Numbered from the stretch's first letter, positions 1-14,596 are shown. The stretch: 64,000 nt of DNA from Octopus vulgaris (GCA_951406725.2 OX597822.1:27342001-27406000), one strand, 5' to 3'. Made by a program: numbers and translations. Notes: a model not told the origin generated them from the sequence alone.

Positions 1-490
1 AAGGCCATGTCTAACTTAGTAGCACCACCTGGCGAAGTCTTTCAATTCAGGATTTGGGCACCGAGGCCCATTCGAGCAGAGAGTTCTTGTTTGCGGAGAC
101 ATATCCGGGTGTGGGTGGTTTGTCCGGGTCTGTTTGAAGGAATTTTTCCAAAGACTTCTTGAATTTTGTGTGGTCAGTTTCTGTTTTGACGTGTCTTGGT
201 GTAATGTTGAAGAGAGCGGGTCCAATTGAGGTGAAATAATTGTGCCGTATTGTCGTTATGTGATGCGATTTAGATTTTTGTTGTGGACGGATGGCACGTG
301 GTCCAAGCCTTGGATGTATTTTGAAGGTGATGCCAACATCATTCGGACAGTGCTGATGGAATATTTTCCACATCATTCAGATAATGTAGCGTCGTTGGAG
401 TGAATACAGCTTCAGTTTCTCTAGTCTACCCCAGTAGTCAAGGTCTGACATGCCATCTATCTTTTTTGTGATTGACCTTTGGGGAGCTTC
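1..490 (-). mobile_element. 3' end fragment of a CR1/L2-group non-LTR retrotransposon ORF2
   Basis: Minus strand reads ..[26 protein letters not shown].. and FTSIGPALFNITPRHVK..FKKSLEKFL, the typical post-RT C-terminus of CR1-group LINEs. Confidence 0.75.
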
Positions 491-539
491 AATTCTCATA
501 ATATTTTGTTTTGTGTAGGGAGACCACAGTGGACAGCAT

Positions 540-1272
<733 letters not shown>

Positions 1273-1522
1273 GTACAAAAGTGTGAGAGACACACACACA
1301 CGCATACACGCACTCTTTTATTCTCTTACTTGTTTCAGCCATTCGACTGACTGCAGTCTTGCTGGAGCACTACCTTGAAGGGTTTTACTCGAACAAATCG
1401 ATCCCAGGACATACTTCTTCAGCCTAGTAATTATTCCATCGGAGACTTTGGCCGATTCGCTAAGTTACACAGTTGTCAACCGGTGATAGCCTGACAAACA
1501 CAGACGCAGTTTCTCTTTCTCT

Positions 1523-1553
<31 letters not shown>

Positions 1554-1555
1554 CA

Positions 1556-1621
<66 letters not shown>

Positions 1622-2394
1622 CATACATATATATGCATATATTCATATATATCATACATACATAGATACAAACATACATAGCAAAATCTATATTTTCCCC
1701 ATTATTACGTATTGTTAAGTACATACATTGTTTACATTTTACCTGAGTGAGCGAAAAATGTGGAAATAAATTACAAAACCAATTCAAATATAAAAGAAAA
1801 ACCGTCGAACGAAAATGACGTAAGTTAAGTATGTCAGAAATCAGAGTAAATTGTGTATAATCTTCTGCAAACGAAAGTAAATTACGAACGAATAACAAAA
1901 TTATGAAACTTACTTTATATCTTTATATAACTCGGAAAGAAAATGCATATAACATACATATATCAAAAATGTAACATTTGTTTATACAATAAATATTTGT
2001 GAATATCTTTTTAAGTATTTCTCCATATGTTCGTTCACATAATGCTTTAGACAATTGTGTATATTTATTGCGTTTCGTCTTCGTGTTTCAAGTCTTGTGT
2101 TTACGTTCCTCCATCTGTTGCGTTGTGCGCGTGCGAATTTAGCAAGAGACATTCTTGTGTTTCATATTATGCATATTCTGTATTGCATGTATGAATTTGC
2201 ATATATTCCTCTGTGTGTATGTGTGTTTACGTGATGCATGTGCATGTTTGCTTGTGTGAACGTGTGTGGCTCTGTCCGTTTGGCTCTGTCTGTATGTTAA
2301 AGCGTGCACTGGCGCTTTAAGAGATCTCTGTGTCTAAGCGTATGTTTATGTATATGTGTATGTGGGTATATATGCGCCTTGTTTGTGTGTTCAC

Positions 2395-2425
<31 letters not shown>

Positions 2426-2584
2426 CTCTGTGTGTATGTGTGTGTGTGTGTTTTCGTGCAGTTTTGTACACGAGCGCAGTATCTTTTATGGCATCTCTTT
2501 TTATGAATGGACGGAAATTACTTTACAGTGATGGTGGAATAAGAGACAAGTTTATCTGTTCGAAATATTTCAGTCCCCAAAATA

Positions 2585-2843
2585 CAAATAAAAAATAAAT
2601 GCGCCCTTTTAAAGCCTATCCAGGCTCATGGGCCCGGTTTCCCGGTTTCAATAGTGTATGTGTTCCCCAACTGGACGAGACGCCAGTCCATCGCAGCGCT
2701 ACTCATTTTTGCCAGCTGAGTGGACGGGAGCAACGTGAAATGAAGTGTTTTGCTCAAGAACACATCGCATCGACAGTTCCAGGAATCGAAACAACCTTAC
2801 GATCATGAGTACAACACCCTAACCACTAAGCCACGCGCCATCA
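2585..2843 (-). mobile_element. tRNA-derived SINE inserted in H copy A
   Basis: tRNA-like head on minus strand (gtgatggcgcgtggcttagtggttagggtg..), flanked by direct repeat ccccaaaata (TSD). Confidence 0.8.
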
Positions 2844-2979
2844 CCCCCAAAATATACTAGAAGCAATTTCATGCAAAAGTATTTTCATTGAAGAGTATAT
2901 TAGCCAAAACACTTTCATGTCACAATGAACTGTTTTCGATCTAATAGCGGTACGCGTAAACAGACAAACTGACCTTTCT

Positions 2980-3043
<64 letters not shown>

Positions 3044-3046
3044 GTG

Positions 3047-3089
<43 letters not shown>

Positions 3090-3282
3090 CTATGTATATA
3101 TGTATGTATGTATATACACATATAAACATTCATGAATGTATGTATGCATACATACATACACACACATACATACATACATACATACATACGCACACATACA
3201 CACATACATACATACATACATACATACATACATACATACAAACATACATACACACATACATACGTACATACATACATACATG

Positions 3283-4282
3283 ATGACCGTCCACTCGTGA
3301 CCGACGAAGACCATTGCTGACCTTCAGGAACATTGTACGCTCTAGGACTAACTTATATTTTGCATTTGCGGTCCCCTTGGTGGCTAATGAGCCCTGCTCT
3401 TGACAAGTATACACGATTGCAAACATTGCAAATCAAGCTTTCTCCATTCACTACACCAGCAGTGTGCTTTCGAACAGCACGCTTAAATTCTTCATGCAGA
3501 ATACGTGCTATCTAAAAAGTGTTGATCCCCTTCTTAAACTGCTTCCTCCATTTGTGGCGAGGACAGGCATTGTTCTCCCAGTCAGTCTCCTGCATAGCAC
3601 AGGCCTTTAATGAGGACTTGACACAATCCTTAAATCGCAGCCTTGGTTTCTGCTGGGGTCTCTTTCCATTCACAAGTTCCCCATATAGCATCTGCTTAGG
3701 GATCCTGCTATCCTTCATTCTATTAAGGTGTCCAGTCTAACGTAACAGGTGTTTCTGCACAATCACCTCAATACTCAAAAAGATATCAGTTGTCCTCAAG
3801 ACCTGCATGTCTGGAGTTTTTAAGGTCCAGCCAACATTCAAAATGTTTCTGAGACACTTCTGATGAAAGCGTTCAAGAACTCTTACATGACTTATGAATC
3901 ATATTTCTGCTTCTTGAAAGGCATTTGGACTCAGCATGAGCCTGGACAAGACTGTTGTAATGTTCCAGCCTGCACCAGGAAATCCATAGTGGAACCAGCT
4001 ATCTTGATTGAAAGAATAATTCTGAAAGTAGTAGATAAGTTTGTCTACCTGGGCAGCACACTTAGCCGTTCTTGCCTCCTAGATGATGAAATATCTTTCA
4101 GGCTGCAGAGAGCAACTGATTCCTTCCGATCTCTTCAGTCTCGTGTCTGGTCCCAGCATGGCATCACAAAACAAACAAAAATTGCTATTTAGCGTGCATA
4201 TGCGCTGACATCGCTCCTTTACTCATGTGAGACACATACCCATGTAAGGGTCTTTGGAAGCGTTCAAGGACTCTTACACGAC
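3283..4282. mobile_element. RTE-like LINE fragment with internal inversion
   Basis: 3283-3890 on minus: LERFHQKCLRN..RMKDSRIPKQMLYGELVNGKRPQQKPRLRFKDCVK plus a terminal C2H2-like knuckle. 3892-4255 on plus: KVVDKFVYLGSTLSR..LDDEISFRLQRA. Flanked by (CATA)n. Confidence 0.85.
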
Positions 4283-4849
4283 ATACATACATACATACAT
4301 ACATACATACATACATAAATGTGTGTGTTTACTTGCATGCATTCTTACTGGTTGTTCTTGAAATTTGTTTATGTTGATTTTCTTTCAATGCAAATTCTTC
4401 AATAAAAGTGTATTCCAATCCCTGATGTGCAAATACTGTTACAGACGTGGCATCTGGATGTTTGGCTGAATACACTGGGCATTTATCTGCGAGTCTCACT
4501 CTTTTCTAGTTACTCCTGATAGTGTTGAAATATATTCCTTACCCGTATGTTAAAGCAACCCTAGTGAACGGATGAGAGGCAAAGTCATGTTCTCAAGAAT
4601 TTGAACTCAGAACGTAAAGACGGACGAAATGCCGCTGAGGCCGGTTGTGCCAGCTCGGGACCCTAATGAAGGAGATACTATTAACCATTTCAACAAATGT
4701 GTGCTGAAAATAAAGAACAGTTTAGCAAAGTATGCCTTTATAGGATGAATTTCTAAGAGCAAATGATAACAGGGGAGGAATTATTTGACAGTGTACTAAA
4801 ATTGAACTGTTGAACTTTTGAACTGTTGAAGCACTGGCCTTACTCCTCT

Positions 4850-6355
4850 TAGTAGTTTTCAGCTGGAGTTTGAACTGATCGTTTGGTCATGCAGCAGGCG
4901 TTGACATGGCATATGTGCCGCAGAGGATCCTGGGGGGAGACGTGATTCAGACATGCGCACTTAATGTCACAGTCATTTCAGTTGGTGCCCGTACAGCTGT
5001 GGTCAACTGACGCTATGAGTAACTTCGTAATGAATAGTAACATCAACCAGCGAAGCTGGTATACCATCGGTAAGTTAAACAACAAGCTTGCTGTATAGAA
5101 GGTGATGCATCATTCCCTCCTACGGATGTGTCTCCTGAACTAAAATTAGAGCAAGCACAACTGCGTTTCGAGAAACGAAAAACAAAGAAACCTAATGTCC
5201 TCATATTTGCTTGTAAATTTTTCAATGTATATCTACAATTGATATTTCACATTATTTATAGAATTTTTCCATAATGTCTGAAAAAGATTGTCAGTAGTAC
5301 TCCTTCGATTGTCTTTAATGGTGGCTTATTGAATCACCGATAGAACCAGTCTTCTAATGTATGTTATTTGTAAGTTTGACATTCTGAAATGAAGTTATTA
5401 AACCATCAAAACTATGTGAACATTAAACCAAAATTCACAAAAGCAAAATACGAAGTAGTTTTAATATTTCAAAACCCGCAACGAAGAATTTAGAAAAAAT
5501 TGATGATGATGTATGCAAACATGAAACAAATTGTTTTCAATGCGTCTGGTAGCGTCATATGAGTACTTGTTGCCAAAAAAGCAACAAACCGCAAAATGCG
5601 AACACATCATTGATGACAGCCGCCGTGTGTATAGTTTTATGAACTGTGATGCATAAAGATGCGAGTGATTTGCCGAAGCTTATTCCTTTAAGTGCCAAAA
5701 TCGTTGAAAGTCAGATCGATGAAATGGTAGATGAGGTAAAAAGTCAGTTAATTGCAAAGCTTCCTGAATGGAGATTTTCCATACTACTGGATAAATCTAT
5801 AGTTTGAGATAGTGACTATTACTAATGGCATATGTGAGTCTTCTGGATAATGATGTATTTCAAAGGAAATGCCTTTTTTATGCCCTCCACAAAAAAAAAA
5901 AACTGGATACAAATACAATGTGTAATTCTATCTCTAATTGTCCCAATAATTTTTTTTCTTTTCACTGAAAGCAATTTTCCTATCGATAACATAAGTTCTT
6001 ACGCAACCGACGAAACTGCCAGTTTGGTTGGAAGGCGGTGAGCTGGCAGAATCGCCAGCATGCCGGGCAAAATGCTTAGAGGCATTTCGCCCATTTTTAC
6101 ATTCTGAGTTCAAATTCCGCCGAGGTTGACTTTACCTTTCATCCTTTTGGGGGGTCGATGAAATAAGTAGCAGTTGAGTACTGGGGTCGATGTCATCGAC
6201 TTATCCGCGCCCCTGAAATTGCTAACCTTAGGCCAAAATTTGAAACCGATATCAGGGCCTCAAATATTTAAAAGAAAAACATGGAAAATACTATTGAATT
6301 CGCTAGGTAATTAATCGAAATCATATCGTGGCAAACATCTAAGATAAGACTTGCA
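4850..6355 (+). mobile_element. Decayed hAT (Charlie/Buster-like) transposase remnant with a nested SINE (about 6033-6250)
   Basis: IPLSAKIVESQIDEMVDEVKSQLIAKL..FSILLDKS..LLMAYV at about 5680-5840 resembles Charlie/Buster transposases. Confidence 0.65.
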
Positions 6356-6732
6356 TCAATAACTTATTGTCTTCATAATGAAGGTAACAATACTGATTTT
6401 TTGGTACCAGGCCAGCAATTTAGGGGGAGTGGGTAAATCGATGACATTGACCCTAGTGTTCAACTGGTACTTATTTTCATGACTCCGAAAGGATGAGAGG
6501 CAAAGTCGTGTTCGCTGGAATATGAACTCAGATACGTAAAGATGGACGAAATGCCGCAAAGGCCTATTCGCCACCTTAATGAAGGTGAAAATACTAACTA
6601 TTTCAATAAGTGTGTGCTGAAAATAAAGAACAGTCTGGCAAATTACATCTTTATAGGATGGATTTCTAAGGGCAAATGATAACAGGGGAGGAAATATTTG
6701 ACAGTGTACTGAAATTTCTTCAGAGTTAGAAC

Positions 6733-6759
6733 TTTAAATCAAAACTTGGTATGTTTTAT
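6733..6759 (+). promoter_or_regulatory. Degenerate paramyxoviral gene-end / CTT / gene-start junction (H-L, copy A)
   Basis: tttaaatcaaaa-ctt-ggtatg resembles the orthoparamyxovirus TTAnnnAAAA-CTT-AGG consensus and lies 12 nt before ATG GCA GAT. A related string (aacatcaaatttaagtatg) precedes L copy B. Confidence 0.5.
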
Positions 6760-6920
6760 ATGGCAGATTTTTACATTGTTTTAAAATGACATTAATCCGA
6801 AGCTTCAGGTGAACAAAATGGTTGCGCCATCTCTCACACAGACTCGCACTCACACACATGAATGTGCGAGTGTATGCGTATACATACATACATACATACA
6901 TACATACATACATACATACA

Positions 6921-6951
<31 letters not shown>

Positions 6952-7496
6952 GTGTGTGTGTGTGCGTGAGTGTGTTTGTATACATATATATATATATATA
7001 CATATATATATACATACATGCATATGTATACTCATACTCACATCCATACATATCTACATACACACAGGAACACATGCACACACACGCACACACACATACA
7101 CACACATACACACTCTTATTCAGTAGCATGCACACACTCAGAAACAAAGATTTACGCTATTTCCCACAGCTGGAAGGTGTTGCAAGAATGTTTTAAACAG
7201 TGATTAGAAATTGGTTTTAGCTAACTTGGAATCACTATTCTAACGTCATTAATGTGAATACATTCTCACGTGGATCTTTGTTCTCTTCATTATTTCTGTA
7301 ACTATGGTTACGTATCCAAGTTTAAATAATGACCTCATGCTGCTACATGACACTAAAGCCGAAATGTCTAACAAACAAGGTTATAAAGTCATGTGGATAA
7401 ACAATGGCATCGGTGTCAAACATCCAATGTTGTAATGGAAAGTTGAATCTATAATCCTCTTCTTTCCTATCTTGTATCTTGCTTAAATGATGCTCT

Positions 7497-9097
7497 ACAG
7501 TGAGAAACATGTGTGGACAAAATAATAAAATTGTCTTAGTTATATAGAAAAGAAAATTTACAATATTTCTTTTTAACAAAACTTTTCTCCATATATTTTT
7601 GCTCTTGCTAAAACACACTACACTCAGAGAATTTATAAATCAGCTCCAACTTCATATCTTTAGCTATCCTTAGTGTTATATATATTTCTTTATCGTCCAC
7701 AAGGGGCTAAACATAGAGAGGAAAAACAAGGACAGACACATGGATTAAGTCGATTACATTGACCCCAGTGCGTAACTGGTACTTAATTTATCGACCCCGA
7801 AAGGATGAAAGGCAAAGTCGACCTCGGCAGAATTTGAACTCAGAACGTTGCGACAAGCGAAATACCGCTAAGCATTTCGCCCGGTGCGCTAACGTTTCTG
7901 CCAGCTCGCCGCCTAGTTATTCTTCGTGTCATATAACGTGTGTTCTACAAATAAAAGCACACTGAGTAGCTCTAGTACTGTGATGTGATGTAACACCAGA
8001 TTTGTGTTGCACAAGGACAATCGATACACGTCGTATTTATAAAAGAAGACCAATTGATGTCAGCAAAATCTCAGGAGTCCTGTCTGATCCTTTTCAAGCG
8101 GATTGCGTAACAAAGTTAAAAGCCCTGATGAACTTGGCTCTCTTTGGTTTTCTGATGAGAAAAACTTCGACAAAGACCTATTTCTTTACTACCCACAAGG
8201 GCCTAAACACAGAGGGGACAAACAAGGACAGACAAACGGATTAAGTCGATTATATCGACCCCAGTGCGTAACTGGTACTTAATTTATCGACCCCGAAAGG
8301 ATGAAAGGCAAAGTCAACCTCGGCGGAATTTGAACTCAGAACGTAACGGCAGACGAAATACCGCTAAGCATTTCGCTCGGCGTACTAACGCTTCTGCCTG
8401 CTCGTCTTCGACAAAGACCAAAAGTCTAAGAGTAGAAATGATAGATGGTTATGTGGAGATCCTCTTGATGTCCCCATAGTGATGTACACTTAGTTTCAAC
8501 TACTGTGATGATTTTTAGAGTGGGGAGTAATGGAATTCATATCATGCTACCCCACATCTCTCCACAGCGTTTTAAGAGTAATGCTGCTAGATATACATAT
8601 GCTGAGGTTCTGGAAAGAGTTGTAAAGTCCTGGATGGATGAAATGCGCAGTGGAAAGCCATACTTGTTTCAACAACACTCAACACCTTCTCACAAAGGTA
8701 CGTAACCTAAGAATGCATGTTTGACAATTTTTACGAACTCGGAGAATGAACCAAACTAGCCAGATTTAAATACCATGCACTGCTAGGTTCGAAACAACGT
8801 TGAAAGGGTAACTAGTCGATTTCATTGTAATACCATAGCTTCACTGAAGGCTACTATTGTCCAAATGATGTCTGAAGTGGGTAAGGATCATTTAGTGCTG
8901 CTATAGCAACTGTTCTGGTCATGAATTGAAACTGTCATCGAAGCCAAAAGTAAAGTGGCTTCATGGAATAATCCTCAAAGAAAGCTTATTGGGACCATGT
9001 GTACAATTTCTTTTTACTAAAATACGTTTGGCTTTCGCTAGAATATAGATATTTATTAAATTATCAAGTATGTTTTCAAATACCTCTTTTATCCTGT
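7497..9097 (+). mobile_element. Tc1/mariner (maT/DD37D-like) transposon remnant with two nested SINEs (about 7684-7913 and 8179-8405)
   Basis: FSDEKNFDKDQK..RNDRWLC..VMIFRVGSNG..YAEVLERVVKSW..YLFQQHSTPSH..PDLN. The second SINE has the TSD cttcgacaaagacc. Confidence 0.8.
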
Positions 9098-9816
9098 ATG
9101 CTAAGTTGCTGTTGCTAAAATAGAAGCCATTACAGTTATAGTCATCATCATCATCATCATCATCATCACTAACGTTGATACTGATTTATTGTGAATATAT
9201 ATTTTTAACTTCATTCTGTCATTATGCTTTTATCTTCAGCAGAATAAAAAAACCATCCTCTATGGGTTGCATTTATATTTCTAGATTATTCAAACTGAAC
9301 AGTAGCTGTCTTAAACTTCAAATGTTTCGTGTAAGAAGTATTGAGCCAAACAGTTGTAGTTTTGGCAACAACATCTAAAGAATGTTTTAATGTTAAAACT
9401 TAATTCATATTTTAGTTTTCCCTTCTGCTTATGTAAAGTATAAGTAAGTGATAACCAAGCCATATATTTCGTGTAAAATGATGGAATAAATTTATGATAT
9501 CAAGGAATGTTTCAGAACTATGTATCGTTTAAAGTAAGAAAACAGAATATGTAATAAATGTAATATTTTCATTGTCTAATTCTTTCACTGGTTCCAATTA
9601 CAGAGCTGCAATTTGCCGAAACAGTGATTTCAAAGACTCAGCCTGTTATTTTTAAGTGAGGTAGGTAAAGATCCCGTGGTTAGGTGAAAAATATTCGAGA
9701 TTTTGAGAAATTACTAGAAAATCCAATATTGAAGGATAAAATTGTAGATGTTCACAAAGTTCAAGGATGAAAAATGTTTGGCATTAGTTGTTTAAAATTT
9801 AAATGGTTTATCAAGT

Positions 9817-10240
<424 letters not shown>

Positions 10241-10619
10241 GTGTATTATCCGTACCTTCATAGCATGGAAAAACTGCTAAAGTGAGATAGGCTTCTCCAC
10301 GGAGTAAATGCACGGACGTAGTAGGAAACCTTTTCAAAAGTATGCAGCTTTCTCTGCATAATCTTTGCCAGTCAAACACCTGTTTTTTTTGTTTTTTTAC
10401 AGAAATGCTTTATTCTTCGCGCTTGTTTATATCTTAATTCTTTCACCGATGAGAGACTAGATAACTTGTTGAAACTCCAGGAATTCAGGAATCACCAAGG
10501 AGTCTCGCAGTGAGATTGAACCCGAAACCAAGTGGTTGCAAAGCCAACGTCTTAACCATGCAGTTCCGTAAATATTCAACTAATTTTTCTTCCTGTCATT
10601 ACTCGTAGCAATTCACAGA

Positions 10620-11700
10620 CGTACCATTAATTTCTGTATAGTCATTTTACGGCCTGGCATAACCGTTATCTGTCTACATAATACATTTTATATTTATTTA
10701 TATTGCAAACCTATTTATTTATTTCATGTAGCAAGGTATAAATAATCTCATAATTTTGTTAATAACAATGTTTCGTCCGTCTAGAAGTGTCCGGTTTCAC
10801 CTTTTCAATTTTTACTTTTCCATAGTATATCATAATTTGATATTAGTGTTTTTTTAGTCTTTCAGAATATCAACCGTAGTTATATTCTAATTCATTCCTG
10901 ATAAATATTAATACTTACTTTCAATGAATGTTCTCAATATTTATAGTTTTTTTCTTAATTAAATGGGGCTATCATATTCACCAAATGAGACATTTGCATA
11001 ATATTCCTTGATAACAAGCTATTCCATTACGTTCCATCAAAGGTTTTTCGATAACAAATAGATGCATAAACATCTTTCTTTAATTAATTTCGGGAATCCT
11101 TCCTTGTTACTTGATATATATGATAAATATACTCACTTTAATAACTCTTTTCGGTTATTTAACCCGAAGAAAACAAAATTCCCAAACGTAACGTAACTTC
11201 CGAATTTAGCTTTGCCTGGCGTTTTATTTTAACTGTAGCCTACTTAATATAAGTGTACATGAACAATTCTGGAGTATAGTGAATTCCTTAAAGCTTAATG
11301 TATATTTTTTGTATATTTATATTGAGTTTTAATCAATTATTTTTGCGCTTCATATTTTCTGTACATTTATCATTTCCTAAACAACATTTAAAAGTAATCA
11401 TATTTACGTAATAATTACCTCTGTTTCACTGATTCCAATAATTACTTAAATCAGTAATGCACTTACATATCATTCAATATTCAGTTATAAATTTACTTTC
11501 AAATTTTAGTTTTCATTTTAAAAGATAAATCAAATTAACTGCCTTGCGAAATTTCATTAAGAAGATTTTAAAACTTTGTGTAAAGTAACATGTTTAAGGA
11601 TTCTTCAAACATAAGTCGTTTTTATTTATTTTTCATAAGCAATAATTGTGTAGTGATTAAAATTTTCATTTTTAACATTAACATTAATTTTGAGTAATAT
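10620..11700 (-). mobile_element. Probable highly decayed Penelope-like element
   Basis: AT-rich; the minus strand has a GIY-YIG-like stretch and a Penelope-type tail (tgaaaaggtg..gacgaaacattg). Weak. Confidence 0.3.
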
Positions 11701-11851
11701 TCTAGGGATGATTTTCTCTCTCTTCCATTTCTAATTAACGTTAACAGATTAAGTCTAGCACCTAGTAACATGTACATAAATACGCATTTATTGTGGCGAC
11801 GAATAGACACGCGGAGACATACATTGAAGGAAGATCGAGCTGTATATTGTA

Positions 11852-12355
11852 CTAGCAGCTAAGCTCGGTTTCACCCGGTCTGTTTGGATGATGTTTTCAG
11901 TTAGGCATAATCTATAACAGCTTTTTTCAACCTTATCATTTTGGGTCCCCTGTTTTGATTGGAGCCTCCAGCTGTATGAAAATTTCCTGACCCCTCCCCC
12001 TCCTTGTCAGAAAACAGCTTCAGGAGTTGTGAAGAAAGAATTTGTACATAGTTTGTTTCCGAGAGCTATTCTATTGGACCTCTGTCTAATCACTTCTTTT
12101 AAGGTACACACACACATAGAATATGTGAGGTCATAGTAGAAAATTTTTACGATAGTTGATTTATGGAAAAGATTTCCACTAGAAAAAGTTTTAATCGATT
12201 TTCTAGGTAAGTATGGGAGCTAGGAAAAAAATACAGACTGCATTCCAATCTATGCAACCATCTCCACATGTGTGAGAATCCACCCAGCCATTTGGCTATG
12301 AACCTCAAGACAAGAAAGCATAAAATGATTGCCCATGTCCAATTTATATTATAGA
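11852..12355 (-). mobile_element. Non-autonomous Helitron inserted in L copy A
   Basis: Minus strand starts TCTATAAT and ends with a ccgggtgaaaccga hairpin-like motif plus CTAG, inserted between A and T with no TSD. Removing it rejoins L: LKEDRAVYCI|MGY ~ LEAVTAAENVRKY. Confidence 0.8.
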
Positions 12356-13587
12356 TAATGGGATATGCAAAAGATTGACCATTATGAACTGTTAAAAATA
12401 ATCAAACAATCTTAGCTGAGGTTTATTATTAACAACTACGACATTTGAAAAGATTGTTGGGCAAACATACGACTGTCCTCTGAACAGAAAAAGAGGTAAT
12501 TATTCACCATTACAATGCTTGCTCCTCATACGAAATGAGCAACTAAGGATGTCCTAGAATATCTTAACTAGGAAAAATAGTTTAACTTATTATATTCTCC
12601 GATCCTTCTTCTGTCAGGAGATTATGCGAGCACTTAGGTGGATAAACTTGAGTTAACTTCAGAAAGATGTTTGAGAATGGGGTAATGTGATACATCAAAT
12701 CAAAGGCTAAGAAAGTGTTTCAACGCGGCATACCAGAACTTGTCGACGAATGAAATAAAATTACGGTAATTAATACAACATATATTGCCGATTAAATGCA
12801 TCTATAATTACCACAAGTTTGTTTTAAAATCGGGCGAGACTTTCGTTACAGTCTGTTATAAATTAGAAAAGCATTTTATTTGAGTTTGAACCGTATGAAC
12901 ATCGATCAAGACACAGCAGAATATTAGCGTATTATTTAAAGAATCGCTTTCAGGAACTATTGCTTACTTCTTATTCAAGCTGCCATAGTTTTTTTCTGTA
13001 ATGTCTTTTGGGAGAAACAGAATGACAATTCATTATCGCGATGTTAGAAGATATTATTCATCAAGCTCTTAGCATTTGAATGAAAATTTTCACCTGAGAC
13101 ATCAATAAGAAAGAGTTTGCTAATATTATCTGTAAATACTTTATCATGTGAAGGTTATCCTAATATATCATGAGCTATTCGCCGTTACTGGTCCTTATTC
13201 CACTCTATCTATCAAATACTGTAAAGGAATCTATTCTCAGACTGGTACTTCTGTATTGAACAATTACAGATGCCTACAGTAACCAATGTACTATCTTCTA
13301 CATTTATTTATGGACTATTTGTTCGCTTTCTTCAGTAAGTCCGATGAAAAATGTGATGAGTTGATGATATATACTATCGAGTTGTCTCTTTACTTATTGA
13401 AAAAATATTTAAATAATTTAAGTCAATAATGCCGGTAACCACTTCGAACAGATTTTGTCACTGAAATAATGAATTTGATTAGTCCAGGAACTTCTGGTTG
13501 ATAAGATACAACATGATGAAACACTGGTGCCCCAGAATCTCTTGCACTAATAAATCGAGTGTGATATCAGTACATAATCATCGTAAA

Positions 13588-14190
13588 GGCGGTGAGCTGG
13601 CAGAATCGTTAGCACTCCGGGCGAAATGCTTATGGGTATTTCGTCTGCCATTTCGTTCTGAGTTCAAATTCCGCCGTGGTCGACTTTGCTTTTCATCCTT
13701 TCGGGTTCGATAAATTAAGTACCAGTTACGCACTGGGGTCGATGTAATCGACTTAATCTGTTTGTCCGTCCTTGTTTGTCCTCCCTGTGTTGAGCCCCTT
13801 GTGGGTAGTAAACAAATAGGTATTTCGTCTGCCATTACGTTCTGAGTTCAAATTCGGCCGAGGTCGACTTTGCTTTTCATCCTTTCGAGATCGATAAATT
13901 AAGCACCAGTTACGCACTGGGGTCGATGTAATCGACTTGATCTGTTTGTCTGTCTTTGTTTGTCCTCCCTGTGTTGAGCCCCTTGTGGGTAGTAAAGAAA
14001 TAGGTATTTCGTCTGCCATTACGTTCTGAGTTCAAATTCGGCCGAGGTCGACTTTGCTTTTCATCCTTTCGGGATCGATAAATTAAGCACCAGTTTCGCA
14101 CTGGGCTCGATGCAATCGACTTAATCCATCTGTCTGTCCTTGTTTGTCCCCTCTATGTTTAGCCCATTGTGGGCAATAAAGAAATAATAA
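13588..14190 (+). mobile_element. Octopus-type SINE with triplicated body (about 192-bp units)
   Basis: Head ggcggtgagctggcagaatcgttagc, then three copies of tatttcgtctgcc..ttcaaattc..gtcgactttgc..cactgggg. TSD ataatcatcgt(a/t)aagg. Same family at about 7684, 8179, 17650, 28445-28845, 46086, 51730-52150. Confidence 0.9.
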
Positions 14191-14596
14191 TCATCGTTAA
14201 GGAGAAATTGTTCTATGGCGAACAAAACTGTGATTAGCATATTTTGTCGTATAAAAATGCAAAGTCAATGTGCTGAATTTTGCTGTTCACCGCACATATA
14301 AGGATTTATGATCGATTGGCAGATATCAGCACGGATCAGTGAACACTTAGTTGAAATTATAAACAAGATTATCGGTTCTTGTTTAGATTCATTAGTCCAG
14401 GTATTGCTGGCTGACGAGACACAACATATTGAAATACTGGTAACCCAGAATCCCTTGAACTAATGGACGAAGTGCGTTATGAACATATACTCGTTGTAAA
14501 GATGTTGTAGTGTGACGAATACAACAGCGATTAGCATATTTACGTTCCAATCTGCCGGAACGTATTACGAATAAATATGCTTATTACCTTACACAT

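Larger units (their letters stand above)
1680..6730 (+). pseudogene. H: Endogenous viral element, copy A: C-terminal half of a morbillivirus-like attachment protein H, in pieces about 1680-1915, 2465-2585, 2850-2980, 4370-4565, 4661-4800 (last piece duplicated at about 6575-6730)
   Basis: Colinear by-eye matches to measles H: TFYLSER ~ RLYLSSHR; GNKLQNQFKY ~ GVIADNQAKW; CIIFCKRK ~ CFQQACKGK; YFSP ~ GFGP; PYVKAT ~ QYVLAT; NYFNKCVLKIK ~ SYFYPFRLPIK. Immediately upstream of the L start. Confidence 0.6.

Noticed and set aside
10620-11750. NUMT or additional viral gene
   Set aside because: No mitochondrial or viral motif recognised; L matches join across it, so it is an insertion
13005-13080. LGETE*QFIIAMLE as the L N-terminal LGNPTYQIVAMLE block
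   Set aside because: The flanking colinear matches place it at motif C, and the N-terminal block is already accounted for at about 9540-9700
13630-14190. CRISPR-like or satellite array
   Set aside because: Triplicated SINE body with no unique spacers, in a eukaryotic context
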